From Minisyncoccota bacterium (lineage in GTDB: Bacteria; Patescibacteriota; Minisyncoccia; Phycocordibacterales; UBA9973), in contig DALYDY010000001.1 in the NCBI GenBank assembly GCA_031972855.1, positions 128,048-192,047 of the forward strand: 64,000 nt of DNA, written 5' to 3'. The notes under the pieces are model-generated. The model searched no databases. It was not told the origin of the DNA and worked only from the letters and a program-made list of their open reading frames with translations. This document shows positions 9,038 to 18,326 of this stretch, in pieces (position 1 is the first letter of the stretch; every line of letters begins with the position of its first letter). The position numbers were made by a program, and so were the translations under genes.

Positions 9038-10726
9038 ATGAAAACAAATTATATGAAAAAAATAACAAAATACGCACTTGGGTTTACAGCCCTTGTTTTG
9101 AGTGTGTTTGTATCACAAACAGCACACGCTCAATATTCTGGTAATTGGAACAACGATCCAAAAGATCCTCCAACTATCATGATAATGAATTCAACTAGAA
9201 ATCCTGGATGTAATTTTGGACAATGTGGATCAACTTCTGTAACAGCTAATACAGGTGATCTTATTTCTGTTCAAATTTATTATCACAATACAGGTACAAA
9301 TCCTGAACAAGCAATTCTAAATCTATCACCAAGAACAAGTGGAAGTGTAAACTCACTCTCATTTATTGGTGGAGTTAATGGAAAAAATAGTTCAGCTACA
9401 CTTACTATAAACGGAGGTGCACAACCTGTTGAATATATAGGTGTTGGACGTTTTTATCAAAATCAATCATCAGTAGGACAAACAGGAGATTATTCTCAAG
9501 TATTCTCTGGTGGATTTAATGCTGGAAATATTGCTGCGGGATGGTCTTCACAAGGAAACCTCGTATTAGATTTCCGTGTAGGTGTTGGTTCAACTAATAC
9601 AGGTTTTGCTTGTTCTGACGGTATTGATAATGATGGAGATGGACGTATTGATATGAATGATATTGGTTGTTCTGGTTCTACAGATAATGATGAATATAAT
9701 ATTAATTCAAACTCTATTTATGGATGTACTGATAGATCTGCTACAAACTACAATCCAAACGCAACAATAAATTCTGGATGTATATACACTCAAACAGACA
9801 ATACTCTTAATGTTTCAACAACTGTTGCAACAAACGTAGGACAAAACAGTGCTCGTTTGAATGGAATTGTGTTTTCAAATAATTATCAAGCAACATCTTG
9901 GTTTGAATGGGGTTCTACAAGAAGTCTAGGATATACAACATCTCAAACAAATCTTGGAACATCAACAAGTTATCCAACATCTAGTTCTATATCAGGTCTT
10001 AGACCAAACACTGTTTATTTTTATCGTGCCGTTGCACAAAATCAATACGGTGTAGTTCGTGGTTCTATTGTTCAATTCAAAACTCTTGATGACGGAAGTT
10101 CTGTTGTTGTTGATACACAAACAAGATATATTGTTCGCAATCAAATTGTTAGAACAAATCTATCTGCCGGACTAACAACACCATCACTATTTGGTCTTCG
10201 TATTGAAAATCGTTATACAAATGCTTGTATTGGAGATAATCTAGAATATAGTATTCGTTTTGATAACGTAAGCACAACAACAGTTACTGATACAGTGCTT
10301 CAAGTTATTATTCCTTCAGAAATGACTTTTGTTAAATCTTCACAAGGAACTTTTGATGCTGATACAAATACTCTTACAGTAAATGTTGGAACAGTAAATC
10401 CAGGTGAATCAAAAGAAGTTTTTGTAAATGTAAAAATGAATACATCTGCAAAAGACCGTGACTTCGTACTTACAGCTCGTTTGATGTATACAAATCCACA
10501 AACAGGAGCACAAGAAGATGTCCTCGGATATTCTTTCCTAAAAGGATTGGTATGTAATAACAATCTTCTAGGAGCATCAGCTTTCTTCTCAGGAGCATTC
10601 TTCCCAACAACATTGTTTGGATGGTTACTCTTAATACTTCTTATTCTATTGCTTGTATTTATTTCTCGTAATTTATACGAAAAAACTTATAAGAAAAAGA
10701 AAACAGAAATCAATATAACTCAATAA
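9038..10726 (+). CDS. Predicted cell-surface protein (signal peptide, Cys-containing Asp-rich Ca-binding-like segment, C-terminal TM anchor with basic tail)
   Basis: N-terminal signal-like region (ALVLSVFVSQTAHA); CSDGIDNDGDGRIDMNDIGCSGSTDNDE; C-terminal hydrophobic helix LLLILLILLLVFI followed by SRNLYEKTYKKKK. Confidence 0.5.
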   Translation: MKTNYMKKITKYALGFTALVLSVFVSQTAHAQYSGNWNNDPKDPPTIMIMNSTRNPGCNFGQCGSTSVTANTGDLISVQIYYHNTGTNPEQAILNLSPRTSGSVNSLSFIGGVNGKNSSATLTINGGAQPVEYIGVGRFYQNQSSVGQTGDYSQVFSGGFNAGNIAAGWSSQGNLVLDFRVGVGSTNTGFACSDGIDNDGDGRIDMNDIGCSGSTDNDEYNINSNSIYGCTDRSATNYNPNATINSGCIYTQTDNTLNVSTTVATNVGQNSARLNGIVFSNNYQATSWFEWGSTRSLGYTTSQTNLGTSTSYPTSSSISGLRPNTVYFYRAVAQNQYGVVRGSIVQFKTLDDGSSVVVDTQTRYIVRNQIVRTNLSAGLTTPSLFGLRIENRYTNACIGDNLEYSIRFDNVSTTTVTDTVLQVIIPSEMTFVKSSQGTFDADTNTLTVNVGTVNPGESKEVFVNVKMNTSAKDRDFVLTARLMYTNPQTGAQEDVLGYSFLKGLVCNNNLLGASAFFSGAFFPTTLFGWLLLILLILLLVFISRNLYEKTYKKKKTEINITQ

Positions 10727-10730
10727 ACAT

Positions 10731-10764
10731 AAAACGGGTCGGACTAAAAGTCCGACCCGTTTTA
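10731..10764 (+). terminator. Rho-independent terminator after the surface-protein gene
   Basis: aaaacgggtcggact-aaa-agtccgacccgtttt hairpin. Confidence 0.75.
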
Positions 10765-10779
10765 TGTTAGTATATCGTT

Positions 10780-11217
10780 ATGAAAAAGACTTTGGAAAAT
10801 TTAGAAGATGTAAAAGAATTTGCAAGAGATGTTGCAGAAATTGTCGCACGATTTCATGTTGATGAAGCTAAAGTTGTGGCACTCAAAGGCGATCTTGGTG
10901 CAGGGAAGACAACATTTTCAAAAATGTTTGGAGAGGCTATCGGGGTTAAAGAAAGTATTCAGAGTCCTACTTTTGTATTAATGAAATTTTATGATGTTTC
11001 ATTTGGACACTTTAAAAAGATGATTCACATAGATGCTTACCGAATAGAAAGTAATGAAGAAATTTTGCGCCTTGGTTTGACTGAAATTTTGAAAAATAAA
11101 GAAAATCTTGTATTAATCGAATGGCCAGAAAAAATAGAAAACCTAATTCCAAAAAATGCTCTAGAAATTGTATTTACTCATATAGATGAAGATACTAGGG
11201 AAGTTCATGTAAAATAA
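10780..11217 (+). CDS. tsaE: tRNA threonylcarbamoyladenosine biosynthesis protein TsaE (YjeE)
   Basis: P-loop GDLGAGKTTF, SPTF, H.DAYR, IEWPE motifs typical of TsaE; 145 aa. Confidence 0.8.
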   Translation: MKKTLENLEDVKEFARDVAEIVARFHVDEAKVVALKGDLGAGKTTFSKMFGEAIGVKESIQSPTFVLMKFYDVSFGHFKKMIHIDAYRIESNEEILRLGLTEILKNKENLVLIEWPEKIENLIPKNALEIVFTHIDEDTREVHVK

Positions 11218-11240
11218 AAAAAGCCCGGAAATTCCGGGCT
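11217..11240. terminator. Bidirectional terminator between tsaE and 11245..11547
   Basis: aaaaagcccggaaattccgggct hairpin. Confidence 0.65.
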
Positions 11241-11244
11241 CTAA

Positions 11245-11547
11245 CTATTTAGAAATTTCTTCCTTCAGTTGTTTTAATGCGCTGTCAATTCTTTCAAACA
11301 ACAACTTTTTTAACTCTGGGAGAATCTCTTCAAAAGATTCCTTAATAAGAATCACAAACTCTTCTGGGTCTTGACCACTTTCTTTGTAAGCTTCTACATA
11401 ACCATCTCTTTTCATGGTTTTAATGAACTCTTCGATATCCTTTTTTTGCATTTCAGGACTTCTGTCTTCTTTAAGAAAAGGCAGGGTTGTGGCCATCTTT
11501 TTCCACAACATCTTTTTTAAGATGATTTTGATGAACTTGTTTTCCAT
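11245..11547 (-). CDS. Hypothetical protein (100 aa, K/E-rich)
   Basis: ORF only; no recognisable motif. Confidence 0.4.
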   Translation of the reverse strand: MENKFIKIILKKMLWKKMATTLPFLKEDRSPEMQKKDIEEFIKTMKRDGYVEAYKESGQDPEEFVILIKESFEEILPELKKLLFERIDSALKQLKEEISK

Positions 11548-11693
11548 CTTTTTGTATTTAGTTTTTTAAAAAACACAAACCATTACTAGGATTGGTTTGC
11601 AAAATTTGTACTACTACCTAGTATTGCTCTATTTTATTATATACTTTATAAATATTTTGTCAATATTAAGCACTTAGATGTATAATTGGTTTA

Positions 11694-14075
11694 ATGAAAA
11701 AAGATTCTAAAAAACGCCTTGTATTGCTTGATGCTCATGCAATAATTCATAGAGCATATCATGCGCTTCCAGATTTCGCTTCGTCCGACGGTACACCCAC
11801 AGGAGCTCTCTATGGTGTGTCTACAATGCTTTTGCGTATAATAACAGATCTTAAACCTGACTATTTGATAGCTTGTTTTGATCTTCCAGAAAAGACTTTT
11901 CGTCATGAAGTCTATGAAGGATATAAGGGTACTCGCAAGGCTTCCGATGATGCTCTTATTTCCCAAATAGATAAATCCAGAGAAATATTTACTGCCTTTG
12001 GTATTCCCATATACGCAGTTCCAGGATTTGAAGCTGATGACCTTCTTGGAACTTTTGCTGAACTTACAAAAAAAGAAAAAGATTTGGAAGTCATTATTGC
12101 TTCCGGTGATATGGATACACTTCAGCTTGTAGAGGGTGACCGAGTATCTGTCTACACTCTTAAAAAAGGTTTGACAGATACTGTGCTTTATACAGAAAAG
12201 TCTGTGACAGAGCGATTTGGATTTCCACCAACTCTTATTCCTGACTACAAAGGACTTCGAGGTGACCCCTCGGACAACATTATTGGTATTGCAGGTATTG
12301 GAGAAAAGACCGCGACTATACTCATAACTTCATTTGGAACAATAGAACAAATATACAAAGCTCTAAAAAAAGATGAGTCAAAATTTAAAGAAGTAAAAAT
12401 TACCGATAGAATAATTGGTCTTTTAAAAGATGGAGAAGAAGAAGCTTTGTTTTCAAAAACACTTGCAACAATACGTCGTGATGCACCAATAGAACTTTCT
12501 CTTGTAGATGCGGAATGGAAAAACCATATAAAAAGAGAATCCACTGAAGCGACTTTGATGAAATACGAATTCAAAAGTCTTCTAAATAGGGTAAAAAATA
12601 TTTTTGGGGAACATACAGATAATTACGACAACAAAGAAAAAGAGCAAAAAGAAGAAGAAAAAGTTGACCCGAAGTTTTTTCGTGAAGCTCAAATATTAGC
12701 AGGACTGATTGTTGCTGATGGGACACTCCCTGATCTGTCTGGAATATACAGAATGACAAATACAGAAAAATTAGAAGATGCTGTTGTTATTTTGAAAAAA
12801 GATATTGAAAATAACGAATTATCTTACGTTGCTGACCACATAGAAATTCCTCTAATTCCTATTGTAAAACAAATGGAAGATAACGGAATTTTGGTAGATG
12901 TAGAATATCTTGAAAAATTACAAAAACAATATCACAAAGAAGTAGGTATTCTTACAGAACAAATTTACAAAGAAGTAGGTCATGAATTTAATATTAATTC
13001 ACCAAAACAATTGGGTGAAGTTTTGTTTGATGAACTCAAATTAGGAGAGGGGACAAAGCTTAAAAAAAGCGAAGGTGGAGCAAGAACAACTCGAGAATCA
13101 GAACTTGTTAAATACAAAGACGCTCATCCAATAATTCCACTTATATTACAATATCGTGAATATACAAAACTACTCTCTACCTATATAGATACTCTACCTA
13201 CTCTTGTAGACAAAGATAATCGTATTCATGCATTATGGAATCAGCTCGGAGCGGCGACTGGACGATTTTCTTCTGAACGTCCAAACCTCCAAAATATTCC
13301 AACCAAAACAGAACTAGGTAAAAATATCAGACGAGCATTTATTGCTAAAGAAGGTTTTAAACTCGTTTCTTTTGATTATTCTCAAATAGAACTTCGTATT
13401 GCAGCAATACTTTCAGGTGACGAATATCTTGCTAAAGTTTTCCAAGAAGAAAGAGATGTTCACTCTGCCGTATCTTCGAGAGTTTTTGGTGTCCCAGAAA
13501 ATGAGGTGACAGCTGATATGCGAAGACAAGCAAAAGTGATTAACTTCGGAATACTTTATGGAATGGGAGTAAATGCTCTGAAAGAAAATCTTGGAACAGA
13601 CAGAAAGACAGCACAGGAATTTTATGATAATTATTTCAAAGAATTTCCAAGTATTAGAGGATATTTGGATGGAGTCAAAGATTTTGCAAAACGTCTCGGA
13701 TATACAACAACACTTTTTGGGAGAAGAAGATACTTTCCAATGATTAGGTCTCCACTTCCATTTATTCGTGCTACAGGTGAGCGTATGGCCATTAATGCAC
13801 CTATTCAAGGTACTAATGCAGATATTATGAAGCTAGGAATGATTAGGATTAATAAATTTTTAGAAGAAAACAATCTTTCCAGTGAAGTCAAAATTGTTCT
13901 TCAGGTTCACGACGAATTAGTCTATGAAATAAGTGAAAATATTTTAGATGAAATAATTCCTAAAATAGAAAATATTTTAATTGATATTATACCTCTTGAA
14001 TTTTTAGAGAATAGAGTAAAAGTCCCACTTCGTGTTGGGGTTGCATTTTCATCTGATTGGGGTAGTATGAAATAG
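11694..14075 (+). CDS. polA: DNA polymerase I (5'-3' exonuclease + polymerase domains; short, Taq-like length)
   Basis: N-terminal FEN/5'-nuclease motifs (LVLLDAHAIIHRAYHAL, GIPGIGEKTA); family A polymerase motifs (DYSQIELRI, RRQAKVINFGILYGMG, QVHDELV); 793 aa. Confidence 0.9.
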   Translation: MKKDSKKRLVLLDAHAIIHRAYHALPDFASSDGTPTGALYGVSTMLLRIITDLKPDYLIACFDLPEKTFRHEVYEGYKGTRKASDDALISQIDKSREIFTAFGIPIYAVPGFEADDLLGTFAELTKKEKDLEVIIASGDMDTLQLVEGDRVSVYTLKKGLTDTVLYTEKSVTERFGFPPTLIPDYKGLRGDPSDNIIGIAGIGEKTATILITSFGTIEQIYKALKKDESKFKEVKITDRIIGLLKDGEEEALFSKTLATIRRDAPIELSLVDAEWKNHIKRESTEATLMKYEFKSLLNRVKNIFGEHTDNYDNKEKEQKEEEKVDPKFFREAQILAGLIVADGTLPDLSGIYRMTNTEKLEDAVVILKKDIENNELSYVADHIEIPLIPIVKQMEDNGILVDVEYLEKLQKQYHKEVGILTEQIYKEVGHEFNINSPKQLGEVLFDELKLGEGTKLKKSEGGARTTRESELVKYKDAHPIIPLILQYREYTKLLSTYIDTLPTLVDKDNRIHALWNQLGAATGRFSSERPNLQNIPTKTELGKNIRRAFIAKEGFKLVSFDYSQIELRIAAILSGDEYLAKVFQEERDVHSAVSSRVFGVPENEVTADMRRQAKVINFGILYGMGVNALKENLGTDRKTAQEFYDNYFKEFPSIRGYLDGVKDFAKRLGYTTTLFGRRRYFPMIRSPLPFIRATGERMAINAPIQGTNADIMKLGMIRINKFLEENNLSSEVKIVLQVHDELVYEISENILDEIIPKIENILIDIIPLEFLENRVKVPLRVGVAFSSDWGSMK

Positions 14076-14101
14076 TTTAAATGTTATATAATTAAAAAGT
14101 T

Positions 14102-14566
14102 ATGGAAAACAAACAAAGCGTACATGTTATATTATCAAGGTCATATATGGTCTTCTTGCTTATATTTGCACCTTTGATATTTATTGATATTTTTTGGCCT
14201 GTACCAATATTTGATAAAAATATGCAATTATTGGGAGGTTTGCTTATGATCGGATCTCCTTTGATTTTGATCAGTGCCCAAAAAGCATCTCGAGCCTTTA
14301 AGAAGGCAAAATCAATGTATCCAATCACAGCACAATCTTTTAGAAATGGATTATATAAAATAACTCGCACTCCAACTCACATAGGACTATTGCTTCTTGC
14401 TATGGGTTTTGCAATATCTGCAAACTTACCATTTTTGTTGATTGGAGCAATGACATCTTTTCTTATAACTCGTCACACATTTATTGCCAAAGAAGAAAAA
14501 GTTCTTGCAGATAAATATGGCAAGTCTTATATAGAGTATAAGAATACAACAGGAAGATATTTATGA
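14102..14566 (+). CDS. Isoprenylcysteine carboxyl methyltransferase (ICMT/PEMT) family membrane protein
   Basis: Multi-TM protein with C-terminal RTPTHIGLL...EEKVLADKYGKSYIEYKNTTGRYL matching the ICMT-family C-terminal motif pattern. Confidence 0.55.
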   Translation: MENKQSVHVILSRSYMVFLLIFAPLIFIDIFWPVPIFDKNMQLLGGLLMIGSPLILISAQKASRAFKKAKSMYPITAQSFRNGLYKITRTPTHIGLLLLAMGFAISANLPFLLIGAMTSFLITRHTFIAKEEKVLADKYGKSYIEYKNTTGRYL

Positions 14567-15264
14567 TTTTTTTGGTTATTGGAAATTCCTCAATTTCAGA
14601 TGAAATAAAAAAAACATTAGATAATACAACTCGTGTATTTTTTGATGAGAATACTTCTTTTGAGCAATTTATAAAAGAATCTCTAAGATCAATGTCACTT
14701 TTTGATGATGTTTATACTTATAGTATTTCAGATATTTCAAACGATGATTTTGTGAATGTATTTTCAAAGTACAAAGAAGAGTTTAAAAATACAAAAAATA
14801 ATTTTATTTTTTCTATACCTTCACTTACAAAAAAAGTAGAAGATGTGTGCAAGGATGTTACTGTATCTTTTGTAAAAAATGAAACAAAAAAACAAGCATC
14901 TATTCCAAAAGTTTTTGCACTTTCTGATGCGTATATAAATCATGACAAGAAAAAGGCATACGCAACATTTTGTGAAATTATAAATGAAGGTGGTACGCCC
15001 GAAGAAATATTAGGAACATTGATATGGCAAATAAAACAAGTTTTGAATATTTATAATATACAAAAAGAAAAATTATCTCCAGATGATTTTGGAATGAAAC
15101 CTTATACATTTTCAAAAACAAAAAGTGCTCTATTAAAAAAAGAAAACACCGAAGAAAATATTTTGAATGATTATAAAGAACTCGTACTTATATATCACAG
15201 GGGACACAATGGAATTGTTTCTATAAAAAATGCTTTAGAAAAATTTATTTTAGAAAGAGTTTAA
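14563..15264 (+). CDS. Hypothetical protein, possibly DNA polymerase III delta subunit (HolA-like, short)
   Basis: ATGA overlap with the upstream gene; C-terminal region LSDAYINHDKKKAYATFCEIINEGGTPEEILGTLIWQIKQVL resembles the HolA C-terminal domain. Weak. Confidence 0.3.
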   Translation: MIFLVIGNSSISDEIKKTLDNTTRVFFDENTSFEQFIKESLRSMSLFDDVYTYSISDISNDDFVNVFSKYKEEFKNTKNNFIFSIPSLTKKVEDVCKDVTVSFVKNETKKQASIPKVFALSDAYINHDKKKAYATFCEIINEGGTPEEILGTLIWQIKQVLNIYNIQKEKLSPDDFGMKPYTFSKTKSALLKKENTEENILNDYKELVLIYHRGHNGIVSIKNALEKFILERV

Positions 15265-15556
15265 ATAATATAATGAATAAAAAAATAAAGCACGGACAAT
15301 CGTCTGTGCTTTTATATAAATGTATTTAATTTTGTGTATCGTAATGAACTAATAAGGGTTGTAATAATAAATGTTTTTCAAAAACAAAAAAGATTTAATT
15401 CTTTTTATATTGCTCTAAACTGAGCGTGTGTTGAATAACGTTTTTTGTTTTTAAACATGAACCCTTCTTGTATTAAGTATATCCACAATAAAAGCCCTTG
15501 TTAAGAGCTTTGTTGTGGATATCTATAAGTTCTAAATAATCCTTATACTGCAAACT

Positions 15557-16081
15557 CTATTTAGAGTTTCTTTCTCCAACAAATGCTAGTAATGATATTG
15601 TTATCAACACCACCAAAGACATAAGAGGGATACTAATAAAACCAAATCCTGACACTAAATGTTGAGTGCAAGACACTTCAACACCACAAGGTAGGGGAGA
15701 GTTTCCTGTGTAATAAATAAAATTGTGATAAATAGCAAACAATAATCCAAAGATAGATAGTGATTGTATTGAAGAAAACAAAGAAGGTGTTTTTATTTTT
15801 TTACTCACTAGAGCTGTTGCACTTATAATAAATGCTCCAAAGATTCCGATACGTTGCCACCAACAAAGTACGCATGGCTCGTATCCTATTATTCCAGAAT
15901 AGATAAGACTTCCGATAGATGCTCCTCCAGATATAAGAACAATTAAGGTTAGAGAATTATTTTTTACAAAATCAAAAACAAAGTGTTGTTTTTTTGAAAT
16001 GATAAAATAAATAATTTTTATACTAAATCCAGCGAGAACTATTGTTCCTAAAGATAATATTGTATTTAGAGTTTCTGCCAT
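15557..16081 (-). CDS. dsbB: Disulfide bond formation protein B (DsbB family)
   Basis: 4-TM protein with EPCVLCWWQRI (compare E. coli DsbB KPCVLCIYER) and a second Cys pair LPCGVEVSC. Confidence 0.75.
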   Translation of the reverse strand: MAETLNTILSLGTIVLAGFSIKIIYFIISKKQHFVFDFVKNNSLTLIVLISGGASIGSLIYSGIIGYEPCVLCWWQRIGIFGAFIISATALVSKKIKTPSLFSSIQSLSIFGLLFAIYHNFIYYTGNSPLPCGVEVSCTQHLVSGFGFISIPLMSLVVLITISLLAFVGERNSK

Positions 16082-16082
16082 A

Positions 16083-16493
16083 TTATTTTTCTATAAGTTT
16101 TAATGTTTCTGATATTGGACAACTTGTTTTCTCTGCAAGAGATAGAGGAGTTTGTTCTCCTGTAAGTTTGCTACCATCTGCAAATATCCAAGTCGGGTAT
16201 CCTTCTATTCCAGCGTCTTTACAAACTTGTAGTTGAGATTTTCCGTCGCCTGTTGAACATTCAGTATATGGTAATTTCTTTGCGCCAGCTTTACCAAACA
16301 TTTTCTTTTGGTTTTGACAATGAGGACACCAAAAAGTTCCATAAAATTTTGCTCCTGCATCACTGATACATTGAGCGAGTGTTTCTGCTTCTGTTGGAAC
16401 TCTATTTTTATTTTTCTTGTACGCTGTAGCGGATCCCCAAATTACAATCGCTATAACTATTAAAAATGACACTAAAAATATCTTCTTTTTCAT
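16083..16493 (-). CDS. Thioredoxin-fold thiol:disulfide oxidoreductase (DsbA/Bdb-like), membrane-anchored
   Basis: N-terminal TM/signal anchor; CPHC active site (FWCPHCQNQK); immediately upstream of dsbB on the same strand (1-bp gap). Confidence 0.7.
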   Translation of the reverse strand: MKKKIFLVSFLIVIAIVIWGSATAYKKNKNRVPTEAETLAQCISDAGAKFYGTFWCPHCQNQKKMFGKAGAKKLPYTECSTGDGKSQLQVCKDAGIEGYPTWIFADGSKLTGEQTPLSLAEKTSCPISETLKLIEK

Positions 16494-16558
16494 ATAGGGA
16501 TATTATAGCAAATTTTTGGAAAGGGGAGGGTAAAATAAAAAAGGTAACAGTTAGACTG

Positions 16559-16897
16559 TTACCTTTTAAATAATTGCTCCTTTAAAACTTTATTTTTAGG
16601 AATTACTGGTATTTCATAAGATATTGCTAAATTGATTTCTTTTAACATACCTTCTGTAATTTTGGGTCCATACAACCAGACTTCGTCAATCATCCCTCTT
16701 CTAAAATATTCATGATTTACCAAACCGGCACGATATTTTGTAGAATCATTTTCTGGTAAATATTGTCTCCATGTAAAACTAGGGAAGACTGGAATAATTT
16801 CTTCAGAATGAATTGCTTTGCATATTTGAATTACTTTTTTGATATTACTCTCAACATCTCCAGATATTGCATGAGCTATAAAAACTGTTTTTGCCAT
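16559..16897 (-). CDS. Hypothetical protein (112 aa), possibly nucleoside 2-deoxyribosyltransferase-like fold
   Basis: VFIAHAISGD... flavodoxin-like N-terminus; weak similarity only. Confidence 0.3.
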   Translation of the reverse strand: MAKTVFIAHAISGDVESNIKKVIQICKAIHSEEIIPVFPSFTWRQYLPENDSTKYRAGLVNHEYFRRGMIDEVWLYGPKITEGMLKEINLAISYEIPVIPKNKVLKEQLFKR

Positions 16898-16920
16898 TTT
16901 TTTATATTTGTTTGATTAGA

Positions 16921-16946
16921 TATTATACTTATTTTGTAGAATGTCA
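16921..16946 (-). promoter_or_regulatory. Sigma70-like promoter for 16559..16897 (minus strand: TTGACA-14 nt-TATAAT)
   Basis: Minus-strand reading ttgacattctacaaaataagtataat; part of a ~55-bp module duplicated at 17503-17560. Confidence 0.5.
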
Positions 16947-16964
16947 ACAAAAATAAAAAGCCGA

Positions 16965-17501
16965 TCACACGGCTTTTTTGGGAATACTATTCAAAACTTT
17001 TTCTGCTAATTCTGATATGGTTTTCTTTACTTCAAAATAATCTTCTTTGTTGAATATTGGATCGAGACCTGTACTTAAAGATTGTTCCATAATTCTGAAT
17101 TTTTTGTCGTCCCAACGAAGATTATTTATTGGAAATTCCGTCCAATTGTTTTTGTAGTGATCTTCCTTGATATTAAATCGAACAATTATATCTCCATCAT
17201 ATTCAAACCCAATGAAGTTTATTTTTTCTATGTATAGTATTTCTATACTCAACAGAGTGATTCCTGTTTTAGGGTATTCAATTCCATAGAATATTTTATA
17301 TCTTGTTTCTTCACTCAAGAAAATTGGAATTTCTCCAAAATTAATAGAACCAATTACATTTTCATGATTCTTATCTAATTCTTTCTCAATCTCTTTTTTT
17401 AATGAAGTTATTTTTTCATTGAAGTTGTCTTTAGCTAGACTTCTTTTATTAAAGAAAGATTCCAAATCTCCTTTAAGAAATGTTTTTTCTTGTGTGTTCA
17501 T
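16965..17501 (-). CDS. Hypothetical protein (178 aa)
   Basis: ORF only; preceded by the same promoter/5'UTR module as the downstream gene. Confidence 0.4.
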   Translation of the reverse strand: MNTQEKTFLKGDLESFFNKRSLAKDNFNEKITSLKKEIEKELDKNHENVIGSINFGEIPIFLSEETRYKIFYGIEYPKTGITLLSIEILYIEKINFIGFEYDGDIIVRFNIKEDHYKNNWTEFPINNLRWDDKKFRIMEQSLSTGLDPIFNKEDYFEVKKTISELAEKVLNSIPKKAV

Positions 17502-17525
17502 TTTTTAGTATTTGTTTGAGTAGAT

Positions 17526-17551
17526 ATTATACTTATTTTTAATAATGTCAA
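17526..17551 (-). promoter_or_regulatory. Sigma70-like promoter for 16965..17501 (second copy of the duplicated promoter module)
   Basis: Minus-strand reading ttgacattattaaaaataagtataat. Confidence 0.5.
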
Positions 17552-17638
17552 CAAAAATAATTTAACGGAATCGCCTCTCCCTTCGGTCGAAACGCACTAA
17601 TTTTACATTCGTTACACTTATTAAAATTAGGCGCCTGC

Positions 17639-17661
17639 GGTTCGATTCCTACCGAGCGGAC
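17639..17661 (+). repeat. Inverted partial copy of the tRNA-Lys T-arm/acceptor 3' end (23 nt), convergent with tRNA-Lys across a palindromic terminator
   Basis: ggttcgattcctaccgagcggac is the exact reverse complement of 17716-17738 (gtccgctcggtaggaatcgaacc). Confidence 0.8.
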
Positions 17662-17673
17662 TTTAACAGAAAT

Positions 17674-17707
17674 AAAAAATACCAAATTTATAAATTTGGT
17701 ATTTTTT
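17674..17707. terminator. Perfect palindromic hairpin (bidirectional terminator) between the tRNA-Lys gene and its inverted fragment
   Basis: aaaaaataccaaattta/taaatttggtatttttt. Confidence 0.7.
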
Positions 17708-17715
17708 ATTTATTG

Positions 17716-17788
17716 TCCGCTCGGTAGGAATCGAACCTACGACCATCTCCTTAAAAGGGAGCTGCTCTACCAGCTGAGCTACGAGCGG
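17716..17788 (-). tRNA. tRNA-Lys (anticodon TTT); no encoded CCA
   Basis: Minus-strand cloverleaf: CCGCTCG acceptor, D arm GCTC-AGCTGGTA-GAGC, anticodon loop CTTTTAA, T arm GTAGG-TTCGATT-CCTAC, acceptor CGAGCGG + A. Confidence 0.85.
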
Positions 17789-17922
17789 ATGTATTTAAAG
17801 CATTCAACAGAGTAATAAGTATAACCTATTTTTTATTGAAGCCGCTACATCTAAGCTAACGAGCGGATATATTCTCTAAAATCTTTGGAAAATTAGAGAA
17901 TATGTATAATAAAATAGCATTT

Positions 17923-18312
17923 TTAGAGCGGAAGGTCAAATGCGTAAAAACCTGCAGTTGAGAAAAGGAGAGAAATCGCTGTTGCTATAACAAAAACAAA
18001 CAAAGTTTTTTCTGTTAGATTTCCATCTTTTAATTTTTTACCTAGTCTGATTGTTGTATCAAAAATAGCAAATAGAGATGCAATCTGTGTTAATGTTCCA
18101 AGCAAAAACAAGACTCCAAGCACTATTTCAAAACCACTATACCATTTGTGCCATGAATTATCCTTATCTTTCCATGTTTTCAAACCACGAAGGAAAAAAT
18201 AAAGACCAATAGTAATTCTAAGTATTAATGGAGCCACAAGTGCCCACGAAAGTAAATTTGGAAATATTGTAACCATATATGCTAGTATACTCTGTATAAG
18301 CCAGAGACTCAA
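17923..18312 (-). CDS. Hypothetical membrane protein (4 TM)
   Basis: Hydrophobic 129-aa ORF. Confidence 0.4.
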   Translation of the reverse strand: MSLWLIQSILAYMVTIFPNLLSWALVAPLILRITIGLYFFLRGLKTWKDKDNSWHKWYSGFEIVLGVLFLLGTLTQIASLFAIFDTTIRLGKKLKDGNLTEKTLFVFVIATAISLLFSTAGFYAFDLPL

Positions 18313-18326
18313 CAGAGATTCAATAT

